Shown here piece by piece: positions 14,001-27,800 of a DNA stretch of 64,000 nucleotides. The DNA is from Balanoglossus misakiensis (lineage: Eukaryota; Animalia; Hemichordata), in the NCBI GenBank assembly GCA_040954595.2, contig CM082594.2:5379319-5443318 (forward strand), in the 5' to 3' direction. The translations under genes were made by a program, and so were the position numbers. The notes below the pieces were generated by a model that worked only from the letters and a program-made list of their open reading frames with translations, ran no database searches and was not told the origin of the DNA. Numbering within the stretch: the first letter of the stretch is position 1; each line of letters opens with the position of its first letter.

Positions 14001-17000
14001 GACATTTTATTTCAGACTTTCTAATACTATGTTTTCAGAGAGTTTATCTGCCTATCCCTCCATCCATTTTACCCTCTCTCGACTTCTCAGCCCACCTCAT
14101 TTCCAATATCTCACTCTCACAGTTGGGGGGTATCACAGTGTAGATAAAAGTCAGAATCTAAGACAGCCCAGTCAATAACGCGGATGTATTATGGAAATGA
14201 CGGCCACTTCGCCGGGAAAGACCTACCCAGCATGGTGGCCAACTCCTCTTTATACCCGCTATACTTTAATATTGAGATCTTAATAGGTCCCTTAGACGAA
14301 GTGATACCGTCTCTTGGAAAAGCATTCTAATCGTTTCCTAGATCCCTGCGTCTTGGCTTAGACATCATATTGATTGAAGTGACCCGTCTACTGTAAATAC
14401 GAGCGTATCCCTTACCCCCTTGCTGAGATAAAGAGGCCGAGCAGCACGCTGAAACGGACACCATTAGGACATTTATTAGCTAATGCCTATATAGAACAAA
14501 AACGCTGACAACGTGGGCCTTAAACGAGATTTCTTCTCCTCTGACTCCATTTTGATTTCATTTGCCATACAAACATTGCCGGGCTCTGAAACCGGAAGCT
14601 GTGATTACAGTTTTGTGCGGGTTTTAATAGTCATTTAAAAGATGATAACAGCATTTCGGCAGGATTTAATTACACCTGTACACTGCGCAAGCCTTAAAAA
14701 ACCTTGCCTTCAAACAAACAATCTGAAAAGCCTGTACGTTTTGATTCTGTAATAAGTGGACGGGTAAATAGACAGGCAGACAGACTAACTTTATAGATCT
14801 GCAGGAATTTCGAAATTTTCAATTTGTTTGGATACTTTCAAGGAAAATTTTAACCTCTAAACTTTCGCGAAAATGCGTTAATTATAAAAGAAACATATTA
14901 AGGCCGAGCTAAGCCTGTGGTATACATTATTTTTCGCGCATGTTAATTTGCATAACCACTATAACACGTGGAGTGTGTACATTGCCACGTAAACGTGGAG
15001 TAAACCTAAAAAAACACCTGTCTATCTACACTGGAACCTTATGTTTTTCAAGTTCACTAGTCAATACTCACATTTTGTGGTTTAAGGTTAACTCCATGAG
15101 AGATTTGCATCATTTTCTGCCGTTTCATGACGCACTCTTTGAGTTGAATTTCTTGTATTTTCTTTCTCAAATAAGGCGCTGAAAACAAAGCGATGTGCTT
15201 GAAAAATTGTTTATATAACTACATCCCTCGCTCCACCTTGACACAGACCATAGTTCCCTTTGTCACTTCGCGAATCATGTCTTCATCGCTGTATATTGGT
15301 TATGATACAATCTTTAAATATGAAGACTTAATTCAGCCACGCAATATGCTCATCCATTCAATGCCGACGAGTACTTAGGTTGAACGAACGGCTCGTGTTC
15401 ATTTCTACTGACTAATACATCATAGAAAATATAACTATATCTCTGCGCCTATGTCTCTCTCCGTCTCCGCTTTTTCTGTCTGTCTGATAAAATCTGAATC
15501 ACCTAGAAAGTGTGTTTAGTTTACTTTATGTTAAGAACGTACTAGTATGTAAGCACAAATCAAATCTATGTGAAATGCTCTTCGTTTGATAAACAATCAA
15601 GAGTCAAATTTTTCCGAGCATGGATTAATTAATTTTATATTATTAATATCCTTTTTTTCATTTCGTTACTGTGGTGTACTGCCAAATAGGAGACAATCAC
15701 AAACTGAAAATAACTGATCTTTGCATGTTTTTCTAAATATTAGTAAACTTTTTGTAACTGTTTATCTGTAAGCCTTAGGGGTCTGTCTTTCTGTGTCCGC
15801 TGCCATCTCTAAGTCTACATTGCGTCCCATGCCCTCAAATACGTCCCAATGTCTCAATGCAATGATAGTATGAGGGGTCGTTGGGTCGGCCAACTTCTGC
15901 AGAATAACGACATTTCACGACGTACTACTCTCGAGATGTACTCTTAATATACATTTTTAATTCCATGGGAAAGGGATTTTGAAGTTGTGGAAACTTTACA
16001 CCCACCCGAGTCTCCCGGTTTGCCTAGGTAAACCAATAACGCCTTGTTTATTTATCTGAACCACTCGATACACGAACACTTTCAAGCGCACAAGCCGGCG
16101 ATAGTCTCACCGGAAAAGTAGTTTATCTTTGCCGTGTCAAACATACGGCCGTGCCAAAGGATTGAGTTAAAATTACTGGCGTGAAATATGTGCAGCTGTA
16201 TAACAATAGAATTAAGTTGACCTGCAACAGATATTTTCGCTGCCATACAGTATATCATTATTAGCGCTAGTTGGTGACGGTTCTGGTGCGTTGTGTATGT
16301 ACACGGAGACGGAATTTTGGTTGCAGGCATGAGTGGTCCTTTTTCCGTGGTTACCCCGGGTGTTCAGCTGTTCCCGAACAAAAATAGATTCACAGGACCA
16401 TGTAAAACGTTCTGATTATGAAATAAATGTTTCAATTTTGAAAAGAAATGATTCTTCTCCTTATTTCCATATATTCAATTTATACACGGAATGATATGTA
16501 CAACGAAGCACTATCTAGTTTTCCACGATTCATGAAGTGATTATTTTGTTGCCAACTAGGGAAAGACTTGTGGTTCTAATTTGGCAAAAAATACCAGTAT
16601 TTTTCACAGACACGTCATATTTGATCACCGTGCAGCGAGAATGATAATCATTGCAGATGCGAACACTACGAGACGTTTGAAGGCAATTACTACATACCAT
16701 ATTTTATTGTTAGTTTCATATATTAAAAAAACGCACAACCAAACATAATTTACCAGGTCACGCTCGCAATTTGCATAACATGCATGCTTTTTCTATCTCC
16801 GTTTTATTTTAAGTATGCCAATATTTCTTTTTAAAAATATTGTTTTCAACGCTTAAAAATTACAACAGCGGTTGTATTTGCTTGGCATTATTTTATAACT
16901 AAAAGTTTGAGGAGATTCATTTTGACGACATCTTGAAAGAGGGGAGGGGAATTTACAATAATATAGATGACTGATGCCGGATTATCTAAGACTTTGAGCG

Positions 17001-19987
17001 AGAGAGATTCTCGAGAACTCCGTTGCTAATCTAATTGTAAACGGTACCCCTAGACCTAGCCACAAATTGACGTGAAACAATGTGGTTTCCTTTACATAAC
17101 CGCAGCTAACAGGAGATCTGGGGATTGGGTCAAATTCAATTGCAAACCGACAAATGTATCCGACAGAATATTGATCTTGCATATGTTAGAAAATGCGCCT
17201 CGCGTCACACGGCAATGTTAACACAAAACAGATACCCACAGTGCTTGTTATTTTCTCAGAGACTCGTTTGCCGTGAATTTGCAAAACAAAGATAAAGCAC
17301 TAAAATCATCAACACTGTCAAATTGAAAATATCGAAAGTTTGGTCCTCGCCGATTTCATCAACCTAGAGAACAAATTAATGACACATTAAATCAAGTGAT
17401 AAGGTAACGGAGCTTTGATCTCTATTCCACTCTCGAACGAATCGCCTCGAGTCAATTTGCCCTCATCAAACTCGGAAACAGGTAACACGTTGTGTACCTA
17501 ACATGCATAGGGACACATGTCGGTAATGTGTTCTGAGTCAAATAGCAGCAAAATGCATTACTTTGTACTTTCAATATTTCCCGAATATTAAATTAATAAA
17601 CGTAATTACTTAACAAACACTTTGTGGACATTCTGAACGAGAGCATAATTTCGCTATGTACTCTTCCAATCGTTCAAGCTCTTCGTTTTCTTTGTTTCGT
17701 GGTCATGTCTGTTCTATTCCGTTTGATTTAATATTGGCTAGTCTAGTCCCGCATAGCCTCTAGTCTATATAGCCTAGGTTACTCTATACTATTCTGCTAT
17801 ACTATTCTAGTCTTTGGGGGATGCGATCTACCATTACATTTCCATGATCCCTATACTTTTGCCGAATCGAGCATCCGCTAATTTCACGAAACATGTGATA
17901 CCTTGATAATTAACGATTTATAAATGACAAACAGCGCCACAAAATGTGATTTCCTAATTCCACGCCCAGTAAATATTCATCCAACCTCGGGTGTCATGGT
18001 TAAGGTTCCATGGGCCAGAATCATAATCATCAGTATAAATCAAAAATGACACAATGAATTTAAGCTGTAGCGGCGCATGTACCTTATTTGGAGAAGCTGG
18101 TGAATCTCTGTGTGTAAATTTAACATGCATATAGCTTTAAGCGTTGCTTCTCAAAGTGGCATTTCATTAAAACCTAGCTTGTTCATTTATGTACATTTTC
18201 TTATTAAAATCAACGGAAAATTTGATCACCGAAAAACACACGGTGCTCTGGCGCCCTCCAGTCATTCTTTTGTGGTCATTGGTCAGGGATATGTTGGCAG
18301 GTCTGATGTGTGGGTCTGGTATCCGTAAAGTGGTCGGACATACATATGAGAAACCGACCTCCAGCCACTGTATACTACGAGAATATTCCAAAGAAACACA
18401 CAACAGCTGTAAAACGCCTCTATGCACATATACTCAGCGAGGAGGGGGTGTTCAGAGCCGTCAGACCAGTGACGTCGTTCCCCCGGTAGGACCCCGCTTC
18501 TTTTAATGAGAAGCGATGCGCGGCGATGACGCTGAGAGATAGGTCCAGACAGATGGCGACGTCGCCGTGAATGTGGACACGAGTGAAATTGACACATTTC
18601 AAATGTAGCGTTTCGCTTTCTCATCAACGAATTAATCGCAGCCAATTTAGAGACACGAAGGATTTGGAGCCAGATGCGCTGGGCCTTGTACGACGCCTCC
18701 CAGGAGGACGGCAAAATATTCATAGAAAGTAAACAATACATTGACATAAGACACCCACTGTGCGTACACCTACTCTCTCCAGTATAACCAATCGACTCCG
18801 CCATGATCTGAAGTTATATTATCACACAAACTACCAAAAAGAATCGCGGAAGTCAATAATAAACATTTATAAAATACAAATAATAAAATAGAAAGCAAAC
18901 TTTTCACGTCCGATTTCTGTTCATTTCACTTTTTCATTTGCATATTTGAAATTTAAACCCGATTTCTCAAATAAATCCGCATATTAATGACTGATAGGGA
19001 TAGTAGTGTAATCACTGTTAACTCAGCTTTTACAATATTTTAATATTTACTTTAAACTTGTATCCGTTTTGTGAAAAATTTTCATGCGCAACACGAGACG
19101 AGAACACGTCATTCTTCAGAAACTGTTACTTTCTTTGCTTTTTGTTTCTATCATTTTTTTACTATAAACATGTGATCGCGGTGTGCTAGAGTACGTACGT
19201 TTAAAGTTGTTTTAGAAAATCGGCTGTCGTTGGATATTTCATTTTAGTGTGCGTTTGCCTGCCTCAGCTGTTTGATATTTGTTTTCACCGCAGGAAAATA
19301 TATGATTTCGCAGATATGCCTGCGACTCGAAAATATCTTAATTTTGAATTTCGTATCGACGCCTTCAACTTTGTCGTTTTGAGCTTTGGGTCGAGAAATT
19401 TGAAGAAGAAAAATCATTTTAAAAATCAGCTCATAAGAAAATGTAAAATGAATAAAACATTATTATCGGTCCGGCTACCACGTTTGTGTATCATTGTGTT
19501 TTTGATTATTACAGCGTACTAACCCTCCACCCCATAAAAGGTTTTGATAGTCTCGGAGTAAAATAGATCCCGTAGAGGGGAGATCATTGCGACAGCGTGT
19601 ACCAGCCAACCGCCCACGTCATCATTTTCATAACAACAATGATATCAGATAGTTTTATTCCAAAGATTGGTCGTCACAGTAGCTATGTCATGTAGATATA
19701 CTTCCTTGATAACAGCGATATTTCCATTTTGTCGAACTGTAGGACGCTTCCTATGAATGTCAGTAATAAAATGACGAATATTAAATGGTTTGATATACAC
19801 TGTCAATATTTTGTCAAGCATAGTTGTTAAGTGCGTTCTAATCTGATCGTGAATAATAGCGGTATGCGTGTTGTTCTGGCACTTGGAAAACAAATTTTGG
19901 GAGGCCAGAACTGTACCTGTTTAACACCAGAGGAATTCAGAACAAGATTTATGTAGTGCCTCTTCACAATAATTTTTTTTTCGATAG

Positions 19988-20169
<182 letters not shown>

Positions 20170-20189
20170 CTCTTTCTCTTTCTCTTCAG

Positions 20190-20506
20190 GGCCAAGATCT
20201 CGACGCGCAAAACACGGCAAAAGTGAAGAGAAGCGACCCCGCACGGCATTCACAGCGGAACAACTGGAGAGATTGAAGCGGGAATTCGAAGACAGTCGCT
20301 ACCTGACCGAACAAAGGCGCCAGTCTCTGGCCAAAGAACTCAAACTCAACGAGTCACAAATAAAAATATGGTTCCAGAATAAACGTGCAAAAATCAAGAA
20401 AGCCGCGGGCGTTCGGCACGGTTTGGCTGTACAACTAATGAAACAGGGCTTATACAATCACTCTACTGTGCCGGTAACAGATGACGACATGGATATGCAA
20501 GACTAA
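20190..20506 (+). CDS. en: engrailed, coding exon 2 (EH3, homeodomain EH4, EH5)
   Basis: Acceptor tctttctctttctcttcAG|GG restores G-P-R in frame with exon 1. Homeodomain [58 protein letters not shown]; EH5 [15 protein letters not shown]; stop TAA. Spliced CDS is 505+317=822 nt, 273 aa. Confidence 0.97.
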
Positions 20507-21821
20507 ACTATAATTTGTTAACTTTTATGCATATTAATGCGATCCAATCTTGAGAAATAAGTTATTTGGACGGGACACGAGGGGGTGTACATGTATATAT
20601 ACATAGTCGAACAGGGTCGATATGTAACATGTCCAGAGCTCACAATCACAGACACTTTCACCAATTCCAGGAACAGTTGGAACAGCGACGTCATCACTTC
20701 AGGAACCGCAGACACAGCCCCGGTGGGAGCCGGGAAACCCTGTGATCATGCACCGTTACGGTTTCCCAGACCGGAAGTCCATCGCATCGTATGGCCGAGC
20801 CCGAGCATGACCTGAACACCCGGCGTTCCTCGTTCTCAGGAACTCGCATGACACTGAAGCCACGCCACGGACCGCGTTCTGTTTTTAGACCATTACAATC
20901 ACAAACAGCGAAGGGGTCAGGACATGGGGTAAACAAATCCCTCATCGGTAGCGTCTTTTAATACGATTTTATCCAAATTGACTTGACCCCACTTGACTTC
21001 GCCGGCTCCGGGAAACTTTCCCACCCACAGATGCTCGAGTACTGTCAAACAGTTATCATGTCTATACAGGAGAAAACTCTACTACAATTTCGCATCCAAT
21101 TTAAATTTTCTAAGGATTTTCCCGAATGGTCTCTACGGGGTGACACGTGACCGATGATCAATGAGGTTGTTACTTACAAAACCAATACTTAAAAGCGAAT
21201 GACCAATATAAACTTAGCGTAATTATTACAGAATATACAATATCATAAGATAACTACGTTTAGCAGAATTTTTTCCGATTCTATTTAAAAGGAATTTGAT
21301 CACGTGACAATTCTATAGCATTATACATTTAATTTTCGGTAAACAAGCAAACAAGGCAATATGTTTGTTTATGGATTCCGAAAGCGCGGCATAGGCAGAG
21401 CTGTTTTACGTTACTAAAATCACAGTTACTTTGATGAAAAGCTTATGCACACCCCTCTGTTGTATTTATGTATGCAAAGTACGTTTTTTGTCTTAAAGGG
21501 CGGAGAACGTCCCATCTGCGGCTGCGGGTTCGGATCCAATAGGACACAGCTGCTATAGCAAGTCAAAGTAGGCGCAAAGTATAACTGCTACAATGTACAT
21601 CATGGCAAACAATGCGGCGTTACTTATTTTCAAGTTTTATATAATATGTATTGGTTAGCATGGTCTCCCAAAACAGTGGGAACAATGTCGATGGTGTATT
21701 TATAAACAGAAACGTCGCACATGTGCAGTTCAAACGACCCTCCCCTTTAACTTTTCTGTGCAGTTCATGAAATATGAATGATTATTTTAATCATTGTTTT
21801 GCTATGTTTATTCGTGATTCA

Positions 21822-21827
21822 AATAAA
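21822..21827 (+). terminator. Probable engrailed polyadenylation signal (3' UTR about 1.3 kb)
   Basis: AATAAA following a U-rich stretch and followed by U/GU-rich sequence (tattattgtct...tttttgtct). Confidence 0.5.
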
Positions 21828-24800
21828 ACGATATTATTGTCTCGACGGTATTTTTGTCTCCTTGTCGTAACTTTGAAAAATTGGTCAGTCCAAGCTGCAT
21901 GAAAAAATACAACAGCCGAGACAAAACTGTCATAAAACAAGGATATACATGTAGAATTAAAGAATTACAGACTGTCAATCTGGTTTTAAGTGGGAGCCTT
22001 TTTTCTCACTTTGGTACGTTGCCGAAAGCTTCGAATTGCGACTTGACGTCACAGAATTGAATTTGTCAGCCAACTATGATGAATATGTCCTGGGTGCTAT
22101 GATTACAGTTTACTTCGAGGTGGGCCAAACGCGAAACAATCCATCTGCGACCTCGGAGATTCATTGTGGCTCTTCGCCTTGTTTGTAATGGCTTCTGAGT
22201 GTCAAACTTCGGACTCAAAGGCACCCCTCCCCTTCATCGACACGGGACGACTTTGATTGATCTAAAACTCCGTCATTATTGGTAGCATCTTCCAATTTTA
22301 AGTTCATTGCGTCTCCATTTGTGTTTGACAATAGACCTCACCTTCTAATTAAAGAGCAATTACCAGACGGCCTCTCCATCGCTCGACGTAACCAAATACT
22401 TCAGCGTTGACGATCTCGGCAGATCGTCAATTGGTTCCGGGTTCTGATTTTCGATGGAGTCATATACGGCGCCTTACCCCCGGGGGCGCTTTACGCGACG
22501 AGATCGAAAACTTCTGACGCCGAACGATCTCATTTTATACTGCGCATTTTATAAATCACCAAATGACGACAATTGTTAGCAATCGAATCGAATCCCAAAA
22601 ACTTGGTTATCCAGACTCTTCTTTTTTGCTCAAAACTTCTCGTCGGAGAGCTCCTTTGATTTGTTACGTTATCAATAAGTGCGGTCTGGGGTATGGGTTC
22701 AATTCCATTAGCCTTAAAGTTAAATATCAGTGATTGTGAGCGTGGCGATGTCAGTTTCGAAACAAGTAATGCTCACCAGTTACATGTAGGTTGACGTAAA
22801 TGCTTCTAAAATAACTATCCTGCAGTATATCCACAATTTTTGCCTCGTCATAATTGTTGGGGGCAACCATTTACCCCAGGAAGGCGACTTCAATTAAGAT
22901 GGCATCAGTACCAATTAACATCACTCATTACAACCAAGGTCCTGGATGCAGCCAAAATTGACATAGCACACTGCTACAAAACCGACCACTCCGATCGATG
23001 TGTCAATGTGGATGACTGATCGGATTTAAAATAGACTTGTATTTGTGGGATTTGACCTCGAACCAACGGTGCTAATTCACGTAGCAATGAAATCGACGTA
23101 TAAAACCATTTGGCCATTCCCCAGATGAAAACTGTTGATCAAAACCCGGACTAATAGGAAAAGTAATAACATATGGAATGATTTGAAAGAAACATTTCCC
23201 GATTCCAGAAAACACTCGATTCGAATTGACCGCTTTTTCGAACTTGATTTATATATTGCCACCGTGGTTCTCTAAATTATCTCATCACCCGATGGACGTT
23301 AGATAACTCATCATGGAATTTCGTTTTGGCGTCTTTACCACGATACAAAACAGAATGGTATTAACGATAAGCTACTAAGCTAGGAATATGATATTGATCT
23401 ACACTTATCCAAATTAACAGGTACACGCAACTGCGCACATGTACATAAACATGAAATGTAGGCCTACACATATGTGCGCGCATTAACTTTACAAGTGGCA
23501 TACATAGCTGCGTGTTATGGTCGTTCCTGCTGTACAGGATACTTCAGGGGGATTATTTCTTCAATTAAAGATGCTCTCAAACTTTCTATCTAGCGAATTG
23601 CAACACCGCGTTGCTTCGCTTATGGTCTGGGTATCTTGTGGGTAGAGAAGAGGTCACGTGAGCACGGTTGTCTCCGTCGACAATGCACACTGCTAAACCA
23701 AAGCCCGATCGCCGCAAATTTCCCCCAACTTAGAAAAGTCTATTAGAGTGTTAAGCCAAGCGAGACGCAAGAGAAATTCAAGCCCGATTTGAAGCGAGCT
23801 GGATACTCGGTTGTTGCGTGAGAAGGCCTGGAAAGTATACCCGTCCTCCGGCAGTTCCTGGGCGAATTAATGAGTAAATATCTTTCTGTGGTTTTGCGAG
23901 GGGCTCGGGCGTACGCTGGAGAGTTCCCCCATCGAAAGTTCACACAGGGAACTTTCTTGTAGTCCCGCCACGACTGGTAAAACTAGACCGTAGTCAATTA
24001 AGATATTTATCGTTTAGTAGTTAGCGTTCTAGCTGGTCCGTTCAAGCCTTCGTTGGCCAATTTCGCTCCGAGCTATAGTCACATATACCCGGTGACCGCT
24101 TAATAATTGAGTAATTTAAATTTGGAGATGGCCGTACCCAGGGTTTTGGCCCTATCCCGCCCCATTCCGGTACGGTGTGGTTTCGATTGCAACCCGCATC
24201 TGTTGGAAACAGCTCTGTTTTTTTCTGCGTCAAGTTGACATACGACTGAGCTGGAGATTCGGACATTTATCGACGAAGGTGTGTTAACGACAAGATCGGG
24301 AGTTCATGTGGGACCGTGACTGTGTCAAACGTTATGTAGTTCAGAAATGCGCTATTTCTGCCAGCAAATTTATAATGTTATATGTTGTTGAAAATATATA
24401 AATGTTGTTGTTTTTCCTGGCAAGAAGGCCACAAATCTTCCCGAAGTATGAAACAAATAACGATAATAATACTCATACTGCTGCAAAGACATGCGCCTAT
24501 CCGAAGTGTAGTATTTGGTCAAGTAAACTCGATGCTCTAACGACCATTTTACATATAATGAATTTTGGATCTTAAAATGATGATTATTTCATAAACGGTG
24601 TTTAAGAACTGACGACACTTCTTCTTCATTGACGAATTTAATCTCAGAATTTTTCGCTTGCAAAAACTTTACATCAACGGCTTTCTTAAGTTCACATTTC
24701 AATGTAATATATATACACACGAAATCAAATCCAATTCAATTTAAATTTTGAAATTCAGGTGCCACTCACCCAGACATCGCCAATCAAATTATCCATTTCA

Positions 24801-27800
24801 GTTGTTTATTTCAACGAAATAGAGAAAGTGACCCCTCTGACCTCTATGGCCTCCGAAAACTTATATTTCTGCGTAGATTTCGTGTCATTAATTGTTAACG
24901 GCATTATGTCCTATCCCTGGCGAGACATGGGCATGTCGATTTCATGATGATTTCGGTTATGGTTATCCTCACAACCGTATATTTCTAGCATTTGTATGTG
25001 GAAAGTTACTGCGATGCGTTTTGAAGATACCCATCATGCCTCAAATTCACCACTTCCCTCACAACGGTTTGATTTCACGAATACCCGGCCCGGCGCTCCA
25101 CAGTTTCGAAGGAACGGTGGGCAAACACGCAACGTTAATCCAATTACGGGTCTCTACCGAACTTTCTAAAGGTCCGCAATTCATTCGGATTCACCCAGAA
25201 AATGCGGTAAAGCAAGGACGGCGTTTGGGGGGCATTCAAAGTCTGCTTGACTAACTAAACTGTAAGACGATTTTAAAGTGCGCCTTCAAAGCGGGTCTCT
25301 CTGAAGTCTTTATTTCCCGAATGTTGGGTCCAGAAAAGATAACAGTTACTTTTCTCGGTGACAGCACGGTGTTCTGCGCGCGCCTTGGTAACGTGAATTT
25401 GTTTGCTGCTATTCGACAAACTTCTTTGCCGTCTCGTTCCCACCATACCACCCTGACAACACGCGCAACAGCGGCGTGGATGCTGTTGTTTTTTTCTTAA
25501 AACCTGACGCGGTCTTAGAGAACTCGACACCTGACTGTCCGGGATCCAATTTGAGAACAGGGCGGGCAAAGTCACACGAGAGGCGTCCATTATGTTGTTT
25601 TGAATCACTTTCGCCCAAACTATATCTCAAAACAGTGTTGCGCGTTGGATACTCCACTCTATGTTCTGAGCATACATCAATATAAGCCTAGCATTTACAT
25701 TTTATTCAATGAACGCATCAGATTTTTTTTACACAATAGACAGCCAACAGGGGGATAGCCAACAGAAAACTTAATTAAAATTTCAGAAGAAATTCACTTA
25801 CGAAGAATTTAAGCATATCGTGTAGCAGACCTCATATTTACAGAAATATCTTCATTGATGCAATCACTTAGATCTGGAGATAAGGGGAAAGCGTCTTTCC
25901 TGAAATACATGTGCTCTGGCAACAAAGGAATAATGGCAGACGCCCTCAAAGTTGATTATTGAAACTTCTGATTTTTTAGCGTTGAAAGAAATTGGTATAC
26001 GCGAGTCGCCAACTCGCCCTGTTTTGTTATTTTTTTCTTATTACGGTTGTATGTGGCCTGGGAACGGGCGAGGCTGTATCTATGGCCAGTAAATTACTTC
26101 ATTAGCGAGTCCCATTGATGTTCAGCCGAGCAGAAGATGAGCGATACAGGGCTGATAATTGAGACCAAACAAACAGTCTCCGCAGCCATCAGAGGCACTG
26201 CCCGACGTCAGTAAAGTCGTCACTTGAATATTACAAGTCAACAAAAGCGTTTCTCTCTCATCTTGCCGACTGGGTAGATGCGTCAGATCGCGACTGGAAA
26301 TGGCGATCCCTTGTTGGTGACGTCACGCCGTTGACAGCAAGTCCCAGACGGCAGCGATCACGGTGCGTTTTCTTTTCAGCCCGAGTCCTGAGCGCGCTGC
26401 GGTTTGTTTGCATCTGGAACCTCTTATATACGTGGCGTAATCCTATTTCACGATATTTGTCGTGTTTACTTGTACAATTGGCGTGAGAAGTGAAGTGAGA
26501 GAAACGGTTAAAGGGGATTACACGCGGAGCGACGGGTCTGCCGTGTCCGTGGTGGCGCCATTCAACCGTCAAACACGCATTATTCCCTGGTCGCCATCTT
26601 TCATATGCTGATGATCTCAGTATAATAGCGAGACCTGGCCAGTCGAAGCCCCCCGATGCAAGGTCAAAAATCTCCATGAAAAGATCAAATCACAATTTCT
26701 GCCACAATCTCTACTCGACTTTCAATATTTATCCTTTACACGCGGTAAAACGACATCGCCTGGTTCAAGTTGCATAAGAATAAGTTTCACCTCGTGGGCC
26801 TGGTGTCTACATTTCTCAGACGACAATGTATTAAGCTTATTTCTCGCAAATCATACAACTAACTGTCCTGCTTAATGTCAAATCTAAAGCCACTTTGTTT
26901 TAAAATATCGCATCTAATAAAATCAGTGATAAGAATAACGGAGAGAGACAAAGAAGATTTTCCGAAATCGAATTGTCGGGAGAAGATCGCCTTTTTCTAA
27001 ATCTGTTCGAGCAAACAGGTGCATTATAACGTTCGTTGATGCGTGCAATATTAGTCTTAATTTGACCGAAATTGACAACACTGTACACGCGTGTGAGCTT
27101 TGCCCTTAATTTCCAAAACATGGTTACCCTTTAAAAGAACAAGACTTAACTACATTACTGCCAAGAAACAAATGCGAAACAAACATTGACATTGTCAAAA
27201 ACAACCAAAAGTGGTACTTTTGCACCTTACGAAGTTCACAGTGGTCGCACCACAGAATTAAATGATCTCAGAAAACAAATAATTGTAGAAATGTCCCATC
27301 GTTTGAATCATACAAGTTTTTGGAAAATTTGATTGTTTACACCAAGTTCTCTCAGTAACAATGCAACGGATATCTTTTCCATCCTTCGGCCACGAAAATC
27401 ACAAGCTTAAGAAGTCATCTTCGCCACAAACATAAATTCTGTATCAGTGCTGCGACCACCTACTGGCAGATTCAGCGATATCTGGCTTTGTTGCGCCCTC
27501 TCACGACTACTGCTGATACAGAAACGCACCCTTTCAAAATCCCAGGTCGGAGGTCACACGTTGTGACCATGGTAACCGGGCCTCCATAATATTAGCGTCA
27601 AAAATAAAACTGAACGGCACACGACAGGGACAATGCCATGGATGACCATTCAACGTGTGGACTGCACTGAAAGATAATGACCCTCCCCAGAGTCATTTAA
27701 CTTCTAAACGAGCCCGTCTTGCTATTCTTAAACTTGTCAAAATGACAGGTAAGGATCTTTTAATGAGGCACAATAACACCGCATGCGACTAATTGCTACT

